Assembly: GCA_035221665.1 (NCBI GenBank)
Contig: CM069158.1
Span: 12,586,001-12,650,000 of the forward strand
DNA from: Okamejei kenojei
Lineage: Eukaryota
Direction of reading: 5' to 3'
DNA: 64,000 nucleotides
The position numbers and the translations under genes are program-made. The notes beneath the pieces are model-generated. The model was not told the origin of the DNA and did no database searches. It saw only the letters and a list, made by a program, of their open reading frames with translations. Below, piece after piece: positions 10,125 through 22,880 of this stretch; within the stretch, counting starts at the first letter, position 1, and each line of letters begins with the position of its first letter.

Positions 10125-12270
10125 GTTTAGGCATAAAGTTGGGGCTACATGATGAAGATGTACAAGTCGATGGTGAGACCGCAGTTGGACTACCATGTAC
10201 AGTTCTAGTCACCCGGCAACACAAAGGATGTCATTAAGTTGTAAAGGATGAAGAAGAGATTCGGCAGTATTCCTCTTGAGCTTAGACAAGAATGCTGGAG
10301 AAACTCAGCCGGTGAGGCAGCATCTATGGAGCGAAGGAAATAGGCAAAGTTTCGGGCCAAAACGCTTCTTCAGGTCTGAAGAAATGCCTATTTCCTTTGC
10401 TCCATAGATGCTGCCTCACCCGCTGAGTTTCTCCAGCATTTTTGTCTACCTTCGATTTTCAAGCATCTGCAGTTCCTTCTTAAACATTTCCTCTTGAGCT
10501 TGCAGTCTTGAGTTATTGGGCGAGGCCGGCTGGAGTGGGATTTCTTCTTTGGAGTGTAGGAAGCTAAGGTGCAGAAGTTCATGAGGGTCATGGATAAAGT
10601 TAACAATCACAGTCTTTTTCCCAGAGTGGACAATCCATGCCTCTCAATCCCTGCACCTCCCTGTGCCTAGCTAAAAAGCCTCTTAAGTGCCACTATCGCA
10701 TCTGCCTCCAACACCACTCCTGGGCAATGCATACAGCCCCCCCCCCATACCCCCATACTCTCTGTGTACAAACAACATGTATCCATTAAACTTTCCCCAT
10801 CTCACCTTTTGGTTATGCTCTCCAGTGTTGAATTTTCACACCCTGGGAAAACGGTTTTAACTGTCCACCTTATCTATGCCTCTCAATGTCATGGATTTGG
10901 GAAGAATTTATATGGACCAGAAACATAACTGGACCTATCAACACTTTGACTAAAACTGTAGGTCAGAGACCGGGCTCTTGCAATGGTGACTCGCCCTTTG
11001 ATTCCCCCAAACACTTGCACTACTGATGAACCAATATTAGGAGCATAAAAATTACTGATGAGCTCTGTTCTGGGCACCATGTTGTAGGAAAGAAGTAGTC
11101 AAGCTGGAACAAGCACAGAGAATATTTACAAGGGCGAGAGGGTCTGAGCAATAGGGAGAGGCTGAGTAGGCAGGGGCTCGATTCCTTGGAGCGCAGGAGG
11201 ATGAGGGGTGATCTTATTCAGCTGTATAAAATCATGAGAGGAATAGATCGGGTCGATGCACAGAGTCTCATGTCCATAGTAGGTGAATCGAGGACCAGAG
11301 GACATAGGTTTAACGTGAAGGAGAAAAGATTTAATAGGAATCTGATGGGTAACTTTTCCACACCAAGGGTGGGGGTATGGAATAAGCTGCCAAAAGACGC
11401 AGTTGAGGCAGGGACTATCCCAGCATTTAAGAAACAGTTAGACAGGTACATGGATAGGACAGGTTTGGAGGGATATGGACCAAATGTGGGTAGGTGGGGC
11501 GTGTGTAGCTGGGACATGTTGGCCGGCGTGGGCAAGTTGGGCTGTAGGGCCTGTTTCCATATTGCATCACTCTATGACTCTATGAATCTGCAGAAAATTC
11601 ATGAATATTGTCTTTGGGTCACTGGACGTCTGGCAGTTGGTTTGTTGTTGATCCAGGAGTAAACTCGTTGGCCTGGATTGACCTTTCCTGCTGCAGACTT
11701 TTTCTTCCTGAGTCGCCACAAATCTGCGGAGCGTGACTCAGCAGGTCCCTGACATCCATCCACGCTCGGTCAAGCCACCGAACTCAAACGCGCATGGATT
11801 CCCAAACTCCCACCCCACCACTTTATTCCCTCAGGCGCCTGGTCCATTCACCAACTATTAAAACACCAATTCTGCAATGTTGGCCAAACCTATTGGTATT
11901 AATACCTTGGTCTTGCCAAGTCAGAAGTTTCCAATGGCTACAAAGGAATGGAGGTAGGAGCTCATCCGCATATCAATATCATAGTCATAGATTCATAGTC
12001 ATACGGCACGGAAACAGGCCCTTCGGTCCAACTTGCCCACGCCTCCCACCATGTCCCACCTGCACTGCCTTTGACCCATATCCCTCTAAACCGCTCCTAT
12101 CCATATACACGTCTAAATGTTTCATAAAAGTTGCAAGAATGCCTGCCTCAACTACCTCCTCTGGCACCTCTTTCCAAACACCCACCACACTTTGTGCAAA
12201 GAAGTTACCCCTCAGGTTCCCATTACATCTTTCCCTCCCTCACCTTAAACATATGTCTTCTGGTTCTCAG
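10125..12270. mobile_element. Cluster of CR1 fragments on both strands with a nested Penelope repeat (10285-10485)
   Basis: ORF 11186-11662 reads ERRRMRGDLIQLYKIMRGIDRV..VWNKLP, and minus-strand ORF 11985-12188 reads GVWKEVPEEVVEAG. Unique sequence intervenes at about 10890-11075 and 11590-11980. Confidence 0.75.
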
Positions 12271-15200
12271 AGTATAGAATCATAGGGTTCTAGAGAGATA
12301 CATTACGGAAACAGACCCCCCTCAGCCCACCAATTCCTCAATCTAGCCTCAATGACCTTATTCAATTTTCTACATCATATTACTGCCTAGTTTCCATATC
12401 CTTTGATTCTCCTAATGTTTAGAAAATGTTTGTTCTCGATCTTGTATTCACAAATTCAGAAGGCTAATTTGCAATCTCTGGTGATTTTGTTGCGCTCACC
12501 CGAAGCAAATGTAAACTTCATAGAATTTCCCTTTGTGTCCATTGCTTAAGGAAAGAACCGTAGGTGAACACCGGTGAGGAGGGTTTGTGATAGGCCGATA
12601 GTTGGACAAAGGGCAGAGATGAAGAACGGAAGGTGTGAGACAAAAGGACTGCAGAGTTGCAAATTATGCAGCTGGAGTAAGGAATGTAGGTGGAGGGGGA
12701 ACAGAGTAATAGGTACAAATCTTGGTGGGGCACAGGAGAGGGTGGGGCATGAAAGAGGGTTGTGAGGGAGAAAGGGGCGGGGGGGGGGGGGGGGGCGAGC
12801 AGCTTGTTCAAGGTTTCCTAAAATTGGAGAATTTAATAGTCAAACATTTCCACCTCCACTTAATCAGTCTGAAGACGGGTCCCGACCCAAAATGTCACCA
12901 ATCTCCATGTTTCGTGTTCTCCAGAGATGTTATCTGACCGGCTGAATGACTCCTGTACAGTGTGTCTTTTTTTTGTAAGCCAGCATCTATGGTCCCTTGT
13001 TTCGACATTCCTGATTTCATGTTTTCAGTTGCAGGAGTTGCCAGTCTCGGTAAATGCAAAGATGAGTTCTTATTTTTCCGGCAACCCCACATTCCCATGG
13101 TAAAATAAGAGTGTTTCTGAGTATTCCCCCTCCTCCACCCCCACGTGGACGCAAGCAGGAAAGTGAGACATGTTCACGTAGAAAGTAAAAGTAGAAATAG
13201 AGGAACTGAGAGGCCAAGTGCGGTGACTCACTGATGGGGTCGATTCAGACCTGCCTCAGAAACAGCCTCAGCAACCCAAACAAGTTCAGGGACGATTTCA
13301 ATGGACGTTGACAAGACATTTGGACAGGAGCATGGAGGGGAAAAAGTTTAGAGGAATATGGGCCAAACACGGGCAAATGGGAATTAGCTCAGATGGGCCG
13401 TTTTAGACGAGTTGGGTCCCTTTCCATGCTGCATAACTCGATGATAATAAATGGTGACAGAATCAAGATGAATAGAAAATAAAATGCACAGATTCATTGC
13501 CTTCTGCCCCAAGCGCGCACACATTCACCCAACAAACTATCGTATGTATCGGAAGGAACTGCAGATGCTGGTTTACACCGAAGATTGCACAAAAAGCTGG
13601 AGTGACTCAATGGGTCAGGCAGCATCTCTGGAGAAAATGAATCGGTGAATTTTCGAGCGATACCCTTCATCAGACGTATTCACATGTATTTCCCCATGGT
13701 AATACTCTCTTTTTATTACTCCCAACTCTAATATCTAGAACCAGTACTTGTAGATAAAAAGGTCCTGGTACTCCTATAACAATCCACATGATGGTGTTGA
13801 CTGCTGCACCTCAATCTAGTTTTTAATTTTTTTTAGAGGGGCAGTTATGCCATATCATCACTTGAACACTTCAGAAAATTCTATTTATGTGACCCAAAAC
13901 ATTGCCAAAGATAGACACAACGTGCTGGAGTAACTCAGCCAGTTAGGAGGCATCTCTGGAGAAAGAGGACACATGACATTTTTGGTCGGGACTCTTCTTC
14001 GGGGTATAAACCAACATTTGCAGTTCTTTGTTTCGCCTGTCCATTTCCCCGAATAGATGCTGCCAGACCCCAACTGTGTTCTTCCAGCACTTTTGTTTTT
14101 TTGTTACCTTCAGAAAGTAAGGCTACAGTGCGCCGCAGTTATCTCGATACAGTTTATTCTTCTCTGTAAGTCGCGCTTCATCTAGAGGCAATTGGCATTC
14201 GAAGAAGCCTTGGGTCCCACAACAGGAACTATCACTCACACGTCCTTGGTCCGAGGAGAATTGTCAGCGCCGAGAATCTCTCCCCATTAACGTTATGCTA
14301 AATTAAGCAGTTGCTTATCAAAATGACACGCTATCTGGTCAAGGTGGAGGCCAACACACACTTAACAACAGCATCAAGGGTGGAGTAGCCTTGGCAACTC
14401 TGTACAAAACTCCGTGCCGGCCTTGGGGCTGACTCGTGGGGTGTCCCAGCGTGCAGCGCGTAGCTGATTTATGCTGGTGCCCAACGACCCCTTCTCACTT
14501 TGATCCCCGTGTTATGTCTTTGTTCCCGAATCTTTGGTTTCCAATTTCCCCTTTGACATCTCAAGGCCCTGTTTTTGTTTGTTGGAGATTGGAAGGAACA
14601 GGAAGCTGTTAATTGGGATGATAATGACATGCTAGTAACAAAAATGTGGAGGTGGATAATGGATCTGTTTATTCAAGCTGGCTGCAGACTGATCAGTCAC
14701 AGTCACCGGAGAATACATTGCCCACATGCAGTGAGGCAGAGAGCAAAGAAACAGTATGCACACAGTCCAAGGGCATTTGTGGGATAATTCTTCTTAATTC
14801 TACCTAAGTAGCCTCATCAAATGTCATTTGCTTCAGATGAGGTCTTAGTCCTGACTTACAGAGATGAGACATCTGTGAAAACGTAACCCATGTTCTTTTA
14901 AAGATGCTCTAAATTGCTCCGGGTAAATTATAATGTAAGATTTATAAAATGTGAGTATTACAGTGGAAAAATAGATGCAAAGAGCTGGAGTAACTAGCGG
15001 GTCAGGCAGCATCTCTGGAGAACATGGATAAGGACCCGGCGTTGGGGGGGCCGCTGAGAACTAAGGGGGACCCGGCATGGGGGGGGTGGGTGCACCGAGA
15101 ACTAAAGGGGGATGAAGAAGGGATGAGTACTTTTTGTTGCTTTGTTGGTGCCTTTGTTGCGACTCTGTTGTGTACTTTCTTTGCAATAGCAAAGAATTTC

Positions 15201-15399
15201 ACTGCACCGAGCTAGATATAAGTGGCAATAAAGTATCAGGCGACGTTTTGGGGTGGGGATCTTTTCCCGGGAATGATTCAGCACGGGTACCAAAGATCCT
15301 ATAGCGGAGCAAGATACGCCACTCCTGCGAAATGCAATGGGCTGACGTGTAGTACGCAACGGAGCGGAACGTGGCCATTTTTTTCGTCCATTTCAGTAA

Positions 15400-15760
15400 C
15401 CGGAACCTACCCGACCTGACCCGACTCGCAGTGTAATCAACATTGCGGGGGGGACAGTTTGTGTGTGTGATATAGGGCTAGATTCATAATTCTGTTAGTT
15501 CATAATTCTGAGAATTCTTGTTAAAGAATAAAATTTGACTGGTAATTTTCTTTTTTAAATCATTTCTTTTTAATGGCTCACAAGCTGTGTTTGAGTTGAT
15601 TTTATAGTAACTGGAGCCTACCCGACCCGACTCGCAGTGTAATCAACGTTGCGGGGGAACAGTTTGTGTGCGTGATATAGGGTTAGATTCATAATTCTGT
15701 TAATTCTTGTTAAAGAATAAAATGTTTATACATTTTGATTCTGGTAATTTTCTTGAATAT
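15400..15760 (+). repeat. ~210-bp internal direct duplication in the DNA transposon
   Basis: CCCGACTCGCAGTGTAATCAAC..GATTCATAATTCTGTTA..AAGAATAAAAT..CTGGTAATTTTCTT occurs twice, starting near 15420 and 15626. Confidence 0.9.
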
Positions 15761-15779
15761 CTGATAACGACACATCAGC

Positions 15780-16400
15780 AGCATATGGCACCAATATTGC
15801 CACGGGCCGGTTCAAACTCAGCGGCGCGGGGCAGCTGAAGCTGCCGCCCTCCAGTCCAGCGACCAAAACTGTTGCCGCGGGAGCACCGGAAAATACCGGA
15901 GCTATAGGATCTTTGCCTAGGAGCCCCGGGATCCGCAGCGCCTGTCCACACAGTATAGCGCAACCCAGGAGCGCCCGCACAGCTCAGCACAGCACACACC
16001 GCACGGTTGAAGGAGCGCCCGAACCGCACAGCAGCGCAAAGCCCGCCCGCCCGGTGAAGGAGCGTCCGTCCGTCCGCCCACCCGCTCCTCGCAGCGCCAG
16101 TGTGGTCTCGGCCGCTGCCGCCTCTCCTCTCCTCGCCTTAAAAATAAAACCGGATATTCTTTGGCCTGAAAAAAAACCCCAAAAAGAAGGAGCTTTGCAG
16201 CAAAGCGGCCGGAGAGGCGGGAAAGGGAGAGCGAGTGAGAGGCGCCGGCCATGAAGAAGCAGCAGCAACAGCGGAGGAAGCGGGACTGCTCTAGGATTTT
16301 TACCTTCAACCCCGAAGACGGAGGAGGAAGCACAGATCCCATCTTTGGGCGGAAGCAAGATGGCGGAAGCAAGATGGCGGAGGCTGGTTGCTGAAATGGG
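15780..16400. promoter_or_regulatory. CpG-island-like segment with tandem ETS-like (CGGAAG) and YY1-like (CAAGATGGCGG) motifs inside the transposon
   Basis: Very high CpG density against an AT-rich background. GGCGGAAGCAAGATGGCGGAAGCAAGATGGCGG occurs at about 16348-16380. Function is not shown. Confidence 0.4.
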
Positions 16401-16494
16401 TCCTATAATTACCCATGAATCTGCCCATGACCGTACTACGCGTTTTTCGTGGGAGTAGGCCATCTTGCTCCGCTATAGGATCTTTGACGGGTAC

Positions 16495-17035
16495 TAACCT
16501 TCCCACCGTTGAAGGGATCTGTAGGAGGTACTCCCTCAAAAAGGCAGCCACTATTATCAAAGGCCCACAATCACCCTCCTGGCCACTCTCCCATTTTGCT
16601 GCTACTCGGGTCTCTGGCGCAGAGATGCAGCAGCTGTACCAGCTGTGCCACTGTGCCACCCTCTGTAGTGGCCAAATACAATAGTGTGTCTGAAGAAGGG
16701 TCTCGACCCGATACGTCACCCATTCCTTCTCTCCAGAGATGCTGCCTGTCCCGCTGAGTTACTCCAGCTTTTTGTGTCTATCTTCGGTTTAAACCAGCAT
16801 CTGTAGTTCCTTCTGAACACCACAGTGCACATGCTAGAAAGCTGAAATTAAACCAGAATATGTAAGAGATACCTAGCAGGTTCATGATCACCCTGGCCGT
16901 GCTCTTATTTTGCGACTACCATTGGGAAGAAGGTACAGGAGCCTGAAAATCCTGTCAACCAGATTCAAGAACAGCTTCTTCCCAGCAACGATCAGGCTCT
17001 TGAATCCTGCACAATAACTAACCTTAGGAACTATG
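16495..17035 (+). mobile_element. Rex1/Babar-type LINE fragment split by SINE and Penelope pieces
   Basis: Translates to GTNLPTVEGICRRYSLKKAATIIKGP. It resumes near 16885 with CACCCTGGCC..GGAAGAAGGTACAGGAGCCTG..AGATTCAAGAACAGCTTCTTCCC. Confidence 0.7.
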
Positions 17036-17653
17036 ACTTCTCTGGACTGTGCCTTTGGTTACACTACAGACTTCGTTTTTTTCACTAGCTTGAGTTTAAT
17101 TTATCGTCACGTGTACCAAAGTGCAGTGAAAAGCTTTTGTTGCGTGCTAACCAGTCAATAAAATAAAATAAAAGACAATACATGGTTATAATCGAGCCAT
17201 CCACAGTGTATAAATACATGATAAAGGACATAACGTGAATAACATTTTGTGCGAGATAACGGGTCTCCAATGAGCTAGATAGTAGCTCAGGACTGGTTTC
17301 TAGTTGTTGGTAGGCTGGTTCAGTGCCTGATAACAGACTGGGAAGGGACTGTCCCTGAATCTGAAGGTGTGCATCATTATGGTTAACTAGTATTACATTT
17401 AATAATTTGTTGTAATATTGATCATTATATATTTATCTGTTGTTTTTTTACATTGACGGGCCAAGTAAGCTGAAGCAAGTAAGAATTTCATTGATTCGTT
17501 GCTGATACATAAGACAATAAAACACCCTTGACTTTATCTATTCATTCTATTTCCGTGCTGTATCTCTAAACGGAACTAAGAATAAACTCTGAGATAGTCT
17601 GCGTCTGAAGGTGTGCATTATTATGTTATTAGTCTGAGTCTGAAGTCTGAAGT

Positions 17654-17770
17654 CTGAAGAAGAGTCTTGACTCGAAACGTCACCCATTCCTTCTCTCCAG
17701 AGATGCTGCCGGTTCCGCTGAGTTACTCCAGCATTTTGTGTCTACCTTTGATTTAAACAGCATCTGCAGT
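17654..17770 (+). ncRNA. Penelope terminal repeat with intact minimal hammerhead core (17654-17681)
   Basis: CTGAAGA-A-GAGTC-TT-GACTC-GAAAC-GTC. Stem II shows a double change relative to GGGTC/GACCC in other copies. Confidence 0.65.
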
Positions 17771-19494
17771 TTTTTCCTAAAACTGAACTCTACTGGACTG
17801 TTTGTCAAGGAAAAGAATTTCACTATGTTAACAATCAACAGAAGCGACGACAAAAGCACAATTGACTATTGGCTATTGATCACCAATTGTTGTACATCCC
17901 TCTTTGCGTCTCGAATTTGGTGGCTTGTTGAAAGGGCAGGAATCAGTCAGGTTGGGGTGTCTGGAGGGACAAAGGAGGCATGTCAACAAATTCTCCCCAC
18001 CGAGGAAGATCAGGTGGTCTCACATTAGTTGCTGATCCCAGCTTTGCATTCAGACCTCTTTGAATTTAAATGTCCTGGTTGCTATGGTGAGATTGAAATT
18101 CATGTCTCCAAATTCATGTCCTCCACTCTCCAGATCAATAGTCCAGGGCTTCAAATACTGATCCCTTGATGTAACCACTAGCCACACCCTCGCTGGGCAG
18201 GACAGGGCAGTGTTCGGTGCAGGTCATTCACCTGAAATTGAATGTATGGCCTCAGAGAATGTCAGATTTTTTTATTTTTTTTTGCACAGTACCTGTTTTG
18301 TATATATTTTTACACTGAATAAAGTTTATTTTGATTTACAAAAAAATAGGTTGTTCATCTGAAACAAAGGTGGGAACAGGCTCACACTGCGTTCCTGACA
18401 TTTTTTGGTTTGGTTTATAGTCACTGTTTTCCTGTTTTCCCTTTTATGGAGGGAATTCCAAATATTCGTTCCCTCTGAGAGAAAAAATGCCTCCTCCTCC
18501 CATTCTTAAATGCGTGTGACGCCCCTAAACTGCAACTTCCAGTAACACTGCTTCACCCTTGCTACCGACTGTGCCATTCTGTAACTCCACAGGCATCAAT
18601 GGAACTGAATTTTATAAGCAGAACACAAACCATGGACATCAGAGCATACTCAGAACATACAGCTGAGAATGAACATTGAACATATAGCTCTTGCATGTAA
18701 AAATTTTAAGTAACGTTTAACCTAAATCTAGAGGTGACTTTTAACCTAGATCAACTTGGTTCCTGAAACCAAAAAAAACATGTTGACAACATCTAATTTC
18801 CTCTCATGAAGATCATGCAATGAATTTTCCAGTTAAGTACCACAACAATGTGCCCCTTGTGCCAAATTTCCTTCCATTCAAGCTGGAACATGGGAGTTCA
18901 TTGAACAGTTCATTGCTCCCTCCTTCTGATCACATGTTGTTAGTTATAGTTTGCAAATAGCGCTCCATTGTATATGTTAGAGGAAAAATAAGCTAGATTA
19001 CGTGCAAGCACTAGCACAAACTGGTGTTCTAGAAGTTCTGATAGACATTTCAACCTAGGACATTATCCACAATCATATGCACTAAATATGACATCAAGTA
19101 ACATTGGTGCATTTAGGGACAAATATCTGCTTTAACTCTATTTTCCCTTATTACAATCTATTCACCACCAACTTCTTCTCCAAGATGGCGGAGTGGACGG
19201 TGAAGGAGAAAGTCGGTGGCTGTTAACATTCTGCAAATTCTCCTCCCACGCCCGCAGAAATGCCCTAAAGTTCCGCGTGGAGCAGCTGCAAGGAGTGGTG
19301 GTGGAAGGAGCCGACGGCATCGCACTGGGCCAGGGCGACCCCTACTTCATCGATCCAGTGCCGCCAGGACACTGGGCCTTAACGTGAGAAAGATAAGAAA
19401 TCACGTATCTTCTTGGGCTAAGGTCGGGCTTTTCAGAGTCTTGGAAATGGCACGATGGCTCTCTGCGTGTTGCTCCAGAAGAGGATCTTGGAGC

Positions 19495-19730
19495 TGCACA
19501 GTGGCGCAGCGGAGGAGTTGCTGCCTCACGGCACCAGAGACCCAGGTTCGATCCTGAATACGTCTGCTGTCTGTACGGAGTTTGCACTTTTTCCGTAGGT
19601 TTTCTCCGGGTGCTCCGGTTTCCTCCCACACTCAAGGTCATGCAGGTTTGTAGGTTAATTGGCTTTGGTAAAAATGGTAAATTGTCCCTGGTGTGTAGGA
19701 TAATGCTAGTGTATGGGGTGAACACTGGTG
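19495..19730 (+). mobile_element. V-SINE (HE1-like)
   Basis: A box GTGGCGCAGCGG, B box GGTTCGATCC, and the V-domain core. Confidence 0.85.
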
Positions 19731-20429
19731 GACGTGATAGGAGTAGAATTAGGCCATTCGGCCCATCAAGTCTACTCCGCCATTCAATCATGGTTGATCT
19801 ATCTCTCCCTTCTAACCCCATTCTCCTGCCTTCTCTACGTAGCATTGCTCTGACTTGTTCCGAAGGAGTCCCTGTGAGTTGAACCATTTCACATTCCCTG
19901 CCATCACTGATGACCCAACACATCCTTTTCTGTGCTGTCTCAACTTCCCAAAGCAATTGCAAAGCAAATAGATCGCTGATCGGTACGGACCCAGTGGCCT
20001 GTTTCCGCGCTCTAAATTCTAAAGTCTAAATCTATTGTACACATGTATACTATGATTTCATTGGAAGGCATGCAGAATAAGCTTTTCATTGCATTTCTGT
20101 ACACATGACAATAAATAACCATTTGAACCATCAAACTTCTTACCCACTCATTTACTTTTGCAAGTTTGCAAGTTCTTTGTGTCCCCATCATAACTCGGTG
20201 ACTTACCTGGCTAACCTGGCTCACCTCACTTGGGCGGCACAGACGCGTGGAGTTGGAGCCTTACAGCGCCAGAAAGCTTCTACCGAGTTAGATCGACTTT
20301 ATTTCACTGCGGGATTACACTATTCAGAAGAGCCCATCCGTGAAAGCAAATCTTGAGGTTCTGCACTTGGAGAAGGAAAGAAGGATAAGGGAAATGGGAA
20401 TGGTGGTGAGATACTGGGAATTGCGCAGA

Positions 20430-20865
20430 AATAGAAACATAGAAACATAGAAACATTGAAATGAGGTTCAGGAGCAGGCCATTCGGCCCTTCGAGCCTGC
20501 ATCGCCATTCAATATGATCATGGCTGTTCATCCAACTCAGTATCCTGTACCTGCCTTCTCTCCATACCCCCTGATCCCTTCAGCCACAAGGGCCACATCC
20601 AACTCCCTCTTAAATATGGCCAATGAACTGGCCTCCACTACCTTCTGTGGCAGAGAATTCCACAGATTCACCACTCTCTGTGTGAAAAACGATTTTCTCA
20701 TCTCGGTCCTAAAAGACTTCCCCCTTATCCTTAAACTGTGACCCCTTGTCCTGGACTTCCCCAACATCGGGAACAATCTTCCTGCATCTAGCCTGTCCAA
20801 CGCCTTAAGAATTATGTAAGTCTCTATGAGGTTACCCCTCAATCTTCTAAATTCCAGCGAGTAAT
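20430..20865 (-). mobile_element. CR1/HER1 LINE 3' fragment
   Basis: Translates to YSLEFRRLRGNLIETY..FFTQRVVNLWNSLP. The tail reads (ATAGAAAC)n on the plus strand. Confidence 0.9.
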
Positions 20866-21499
20866 AAAGGGATCTTTTCCTCAAACGTGGAATTTCCACA
20901 AACTCATGGATGTAGGAGTGTTGGTGGTTAGGATAAAAGTGAAAACAAAAATCAGGTTGTTTTCCTCTATTATGCAGAGAACAGAATATAGGAATAAGGA
21001 GCTCATGCTACAAGAAGCACCAAGTTAAGCCATAACTACATACGGTTCCAATCATTATAATAAAGAAAGAATTTGGTGGTGTTTGAGAGGACACAGAGGT
21101 GCTTTGCTAAGAAGTGGAAAGGGGTGGAAAGTTTTACTTACATGGAGAGATTGACTAGTTGTAGGTATTTTCCTTGGAACAGCTACTGAGGAGAGATTTT
21201 ATTGAAGGTTAAGAAACGGAGAGGCCTATTCAAGGTAAAACAGGAAGGATCCTAAGCAGAGAGGCCAGTAACTGGAGCGCATAGATTTAAGGGGAAGGAA
21301 TTGGAAGGGAGGTGAGGATTTAATTGCTCTCTCAGAAAGTGATGGGGATCTGGAACTCATTTTGTCGAGGGGTGGTGAAAGCTTTTCACTGTACCTTATT
21401 GTAGGCCCCCCTCAGTCATCAGCCTTCGCTCCTTAGATGCTGCTACACCCGCTGAGTTTCTCCAGCTTTTTGTGTACCCATGAATCCTAGTTGTTGGCT

Positions 21500-21862
21500 G
21501 CTTGCTCCAAACCTCGGCTAGAGCAGCAGGTGGTGTGTGGTCGGATGCAAGCCTGGGCGATGTCATGTGGAGGACAGGCTGTCGCCCATGCAGCACGTCC
21601 CCCCCTCTCCACATCGCTGATCGATCCAAAGGAACAGCAGGGCCATTACAGTTTGGCACCAGCACCATCGCAGGAGCTGCCAGAGAGAGGTTGTAGACAA
21701 CGATGAACTAACTGTCTTATGGGCTCCGACTGGATTTTCTTGGGGTTTACTCCAGGAGCCTTTTCTATGACTGGATATGGCCACAAGGCAGTGGAGGTTT
21801 TAAAATCAGAGTTTTCCCTCTCCTAGATGGACCGCCTTCCCAGGCTGATGAACCCCATCTGC
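21500..21862 (-). mobile_element. Probable RTE-type LINE 5' region fragment
   Basis: The minus strand reads GCAGATGGGGTTCATCAGCCTGGGAAGGCGGTCCATCTAGGAGAGGGAAAACTCTGAT, which resembles recalled vertebrate RTE 5' regions. Not verified by search. Confidence 0.4.
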
Positions 21863-22099
21863 GCATAGTACATGTGACAATAATAAACCTAAACCTAAAA
21901 TATTGCCCAACATCACTCTCCAGTTTGCTTGGCATCTCACGTCTTGGGCACAGCCAAGATGTAACATCACTTAACTCTCCCCTAACTCACTCTTGCTGTT
22001 TATCCTCAATTAAAAAAAAAACTATAATGACTCTATGAATCTAAGTGATGGTAATGGTGAAAGGTTATTACGTCAAAGGTTGAGGTGATTTTTTAAAAT

Positions 22100-22880
22100 A
22101 TAGAGTCATACAGCATGGAAACAGGCCCTTTTGCCCAACTTCCCCACACCGACCAAGATGCCCCATGCCCACTCATCCCACTTACCTGTGTTTGGCCCAT
22201 AGCTCTCTAAACCTTTGCTATCCATGTACCTTTTCCAAATGTATTTTAAATGTTGTGATAGTACCTGCCTGAACTACCTCCCCTGGCAACTTGTTCCATA
22301 TGCCCACAACCCTTTGTGTGAAAACATTGCCTCTCAGGCATCTATTAAATCTTTCCCCATCTCACCTTAACCCTCTAGTTCTAGATTCCCCTACACTGGA
22401 AAAAAGACTCTGTGCATTCACCCTATCTATTCCTCTCATGAACTTAAATGCCGCTTCATCCTCATCCTCTTGCACTCCAAGGTATAAAGTCCTGACCTGC
22501 TCAACCTCTCCCTGCAGCTCAGCCTCCGAGTCCTGGCAGCATCTTCGTAAATCTTTTCTGCACCTTTTCCATCCAAACAACATCTTTCCTATAATAGGGT
22601 GGCTAAAACGGAACAATGCTTCAAATGTGGCTTCACCAATGTCTAATACAACTTCAACATAACCTCCCAACTTCTATACTCAATACTCTGACTAATGAAG
22701 ACCAATGTGTCGGAAGCCTTCTTGACCACCCTATCTGTCTGTGACACCACTTTCAAGGAACTCCTAGATCCTTCTGCTCTACAATACTCCACCCGTTCAC
22801 TGTGAAGTGCCTGCACTGGTTTGATTTGCCAAAATGCAACACCTCACACATCTCCATTAACCATTCCTCAGCCTACCTCT
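22100..22880 (-). mobile_element. CR1 LINE fragment (decayed)
   Basis: Translates to KFMRGIDRVNAQSLF..GESRTRG, with a (CTCTATGA)-type tail end. Confidence 0.8.

Larger units (their letters stand above)
15291..16486. mobile_element. Non-autonomous cut-and-paste DNA transposon (8-bp TSD; P or hAT type)
   Basis: Perfect 25-bp TIRs CAAAGATCCTATAGCGGAGCAAGAT (15291-15315 and 16462-16486). Identical 8-bp flanks ACGGGTAC (15283-15290 and 16487-16494). No transposase ORF. Confidence 0.9.

Noticed and set aside
11600-11760. 53-aa minus-strand ORF with a TGAGTCA site and a small hairpin
   Set aside because: It is short with no recognisable motif and cannot be supported as coding or regulatory.
14100-14270. 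Minus-strand coding-looking stretch ending at a GTAAC donor
   Set aside because: It has in-frame stops, no clear acceptor and no recognisable homology.
15726-16463. Host gene promoter or first coding exon (several overlapping GC-rich ORFs)
   Set aside because: It lies entirely within TIRs and a TSD. The ORFs reflect GC richness and show no transposase or known protein motifs.
19495-19560. tRNA gene (A and B boxes)
   Set aside because: It is the tRNA-derived head of a V-SINE, continuing into the SINE body, with no complete cloverleaf.
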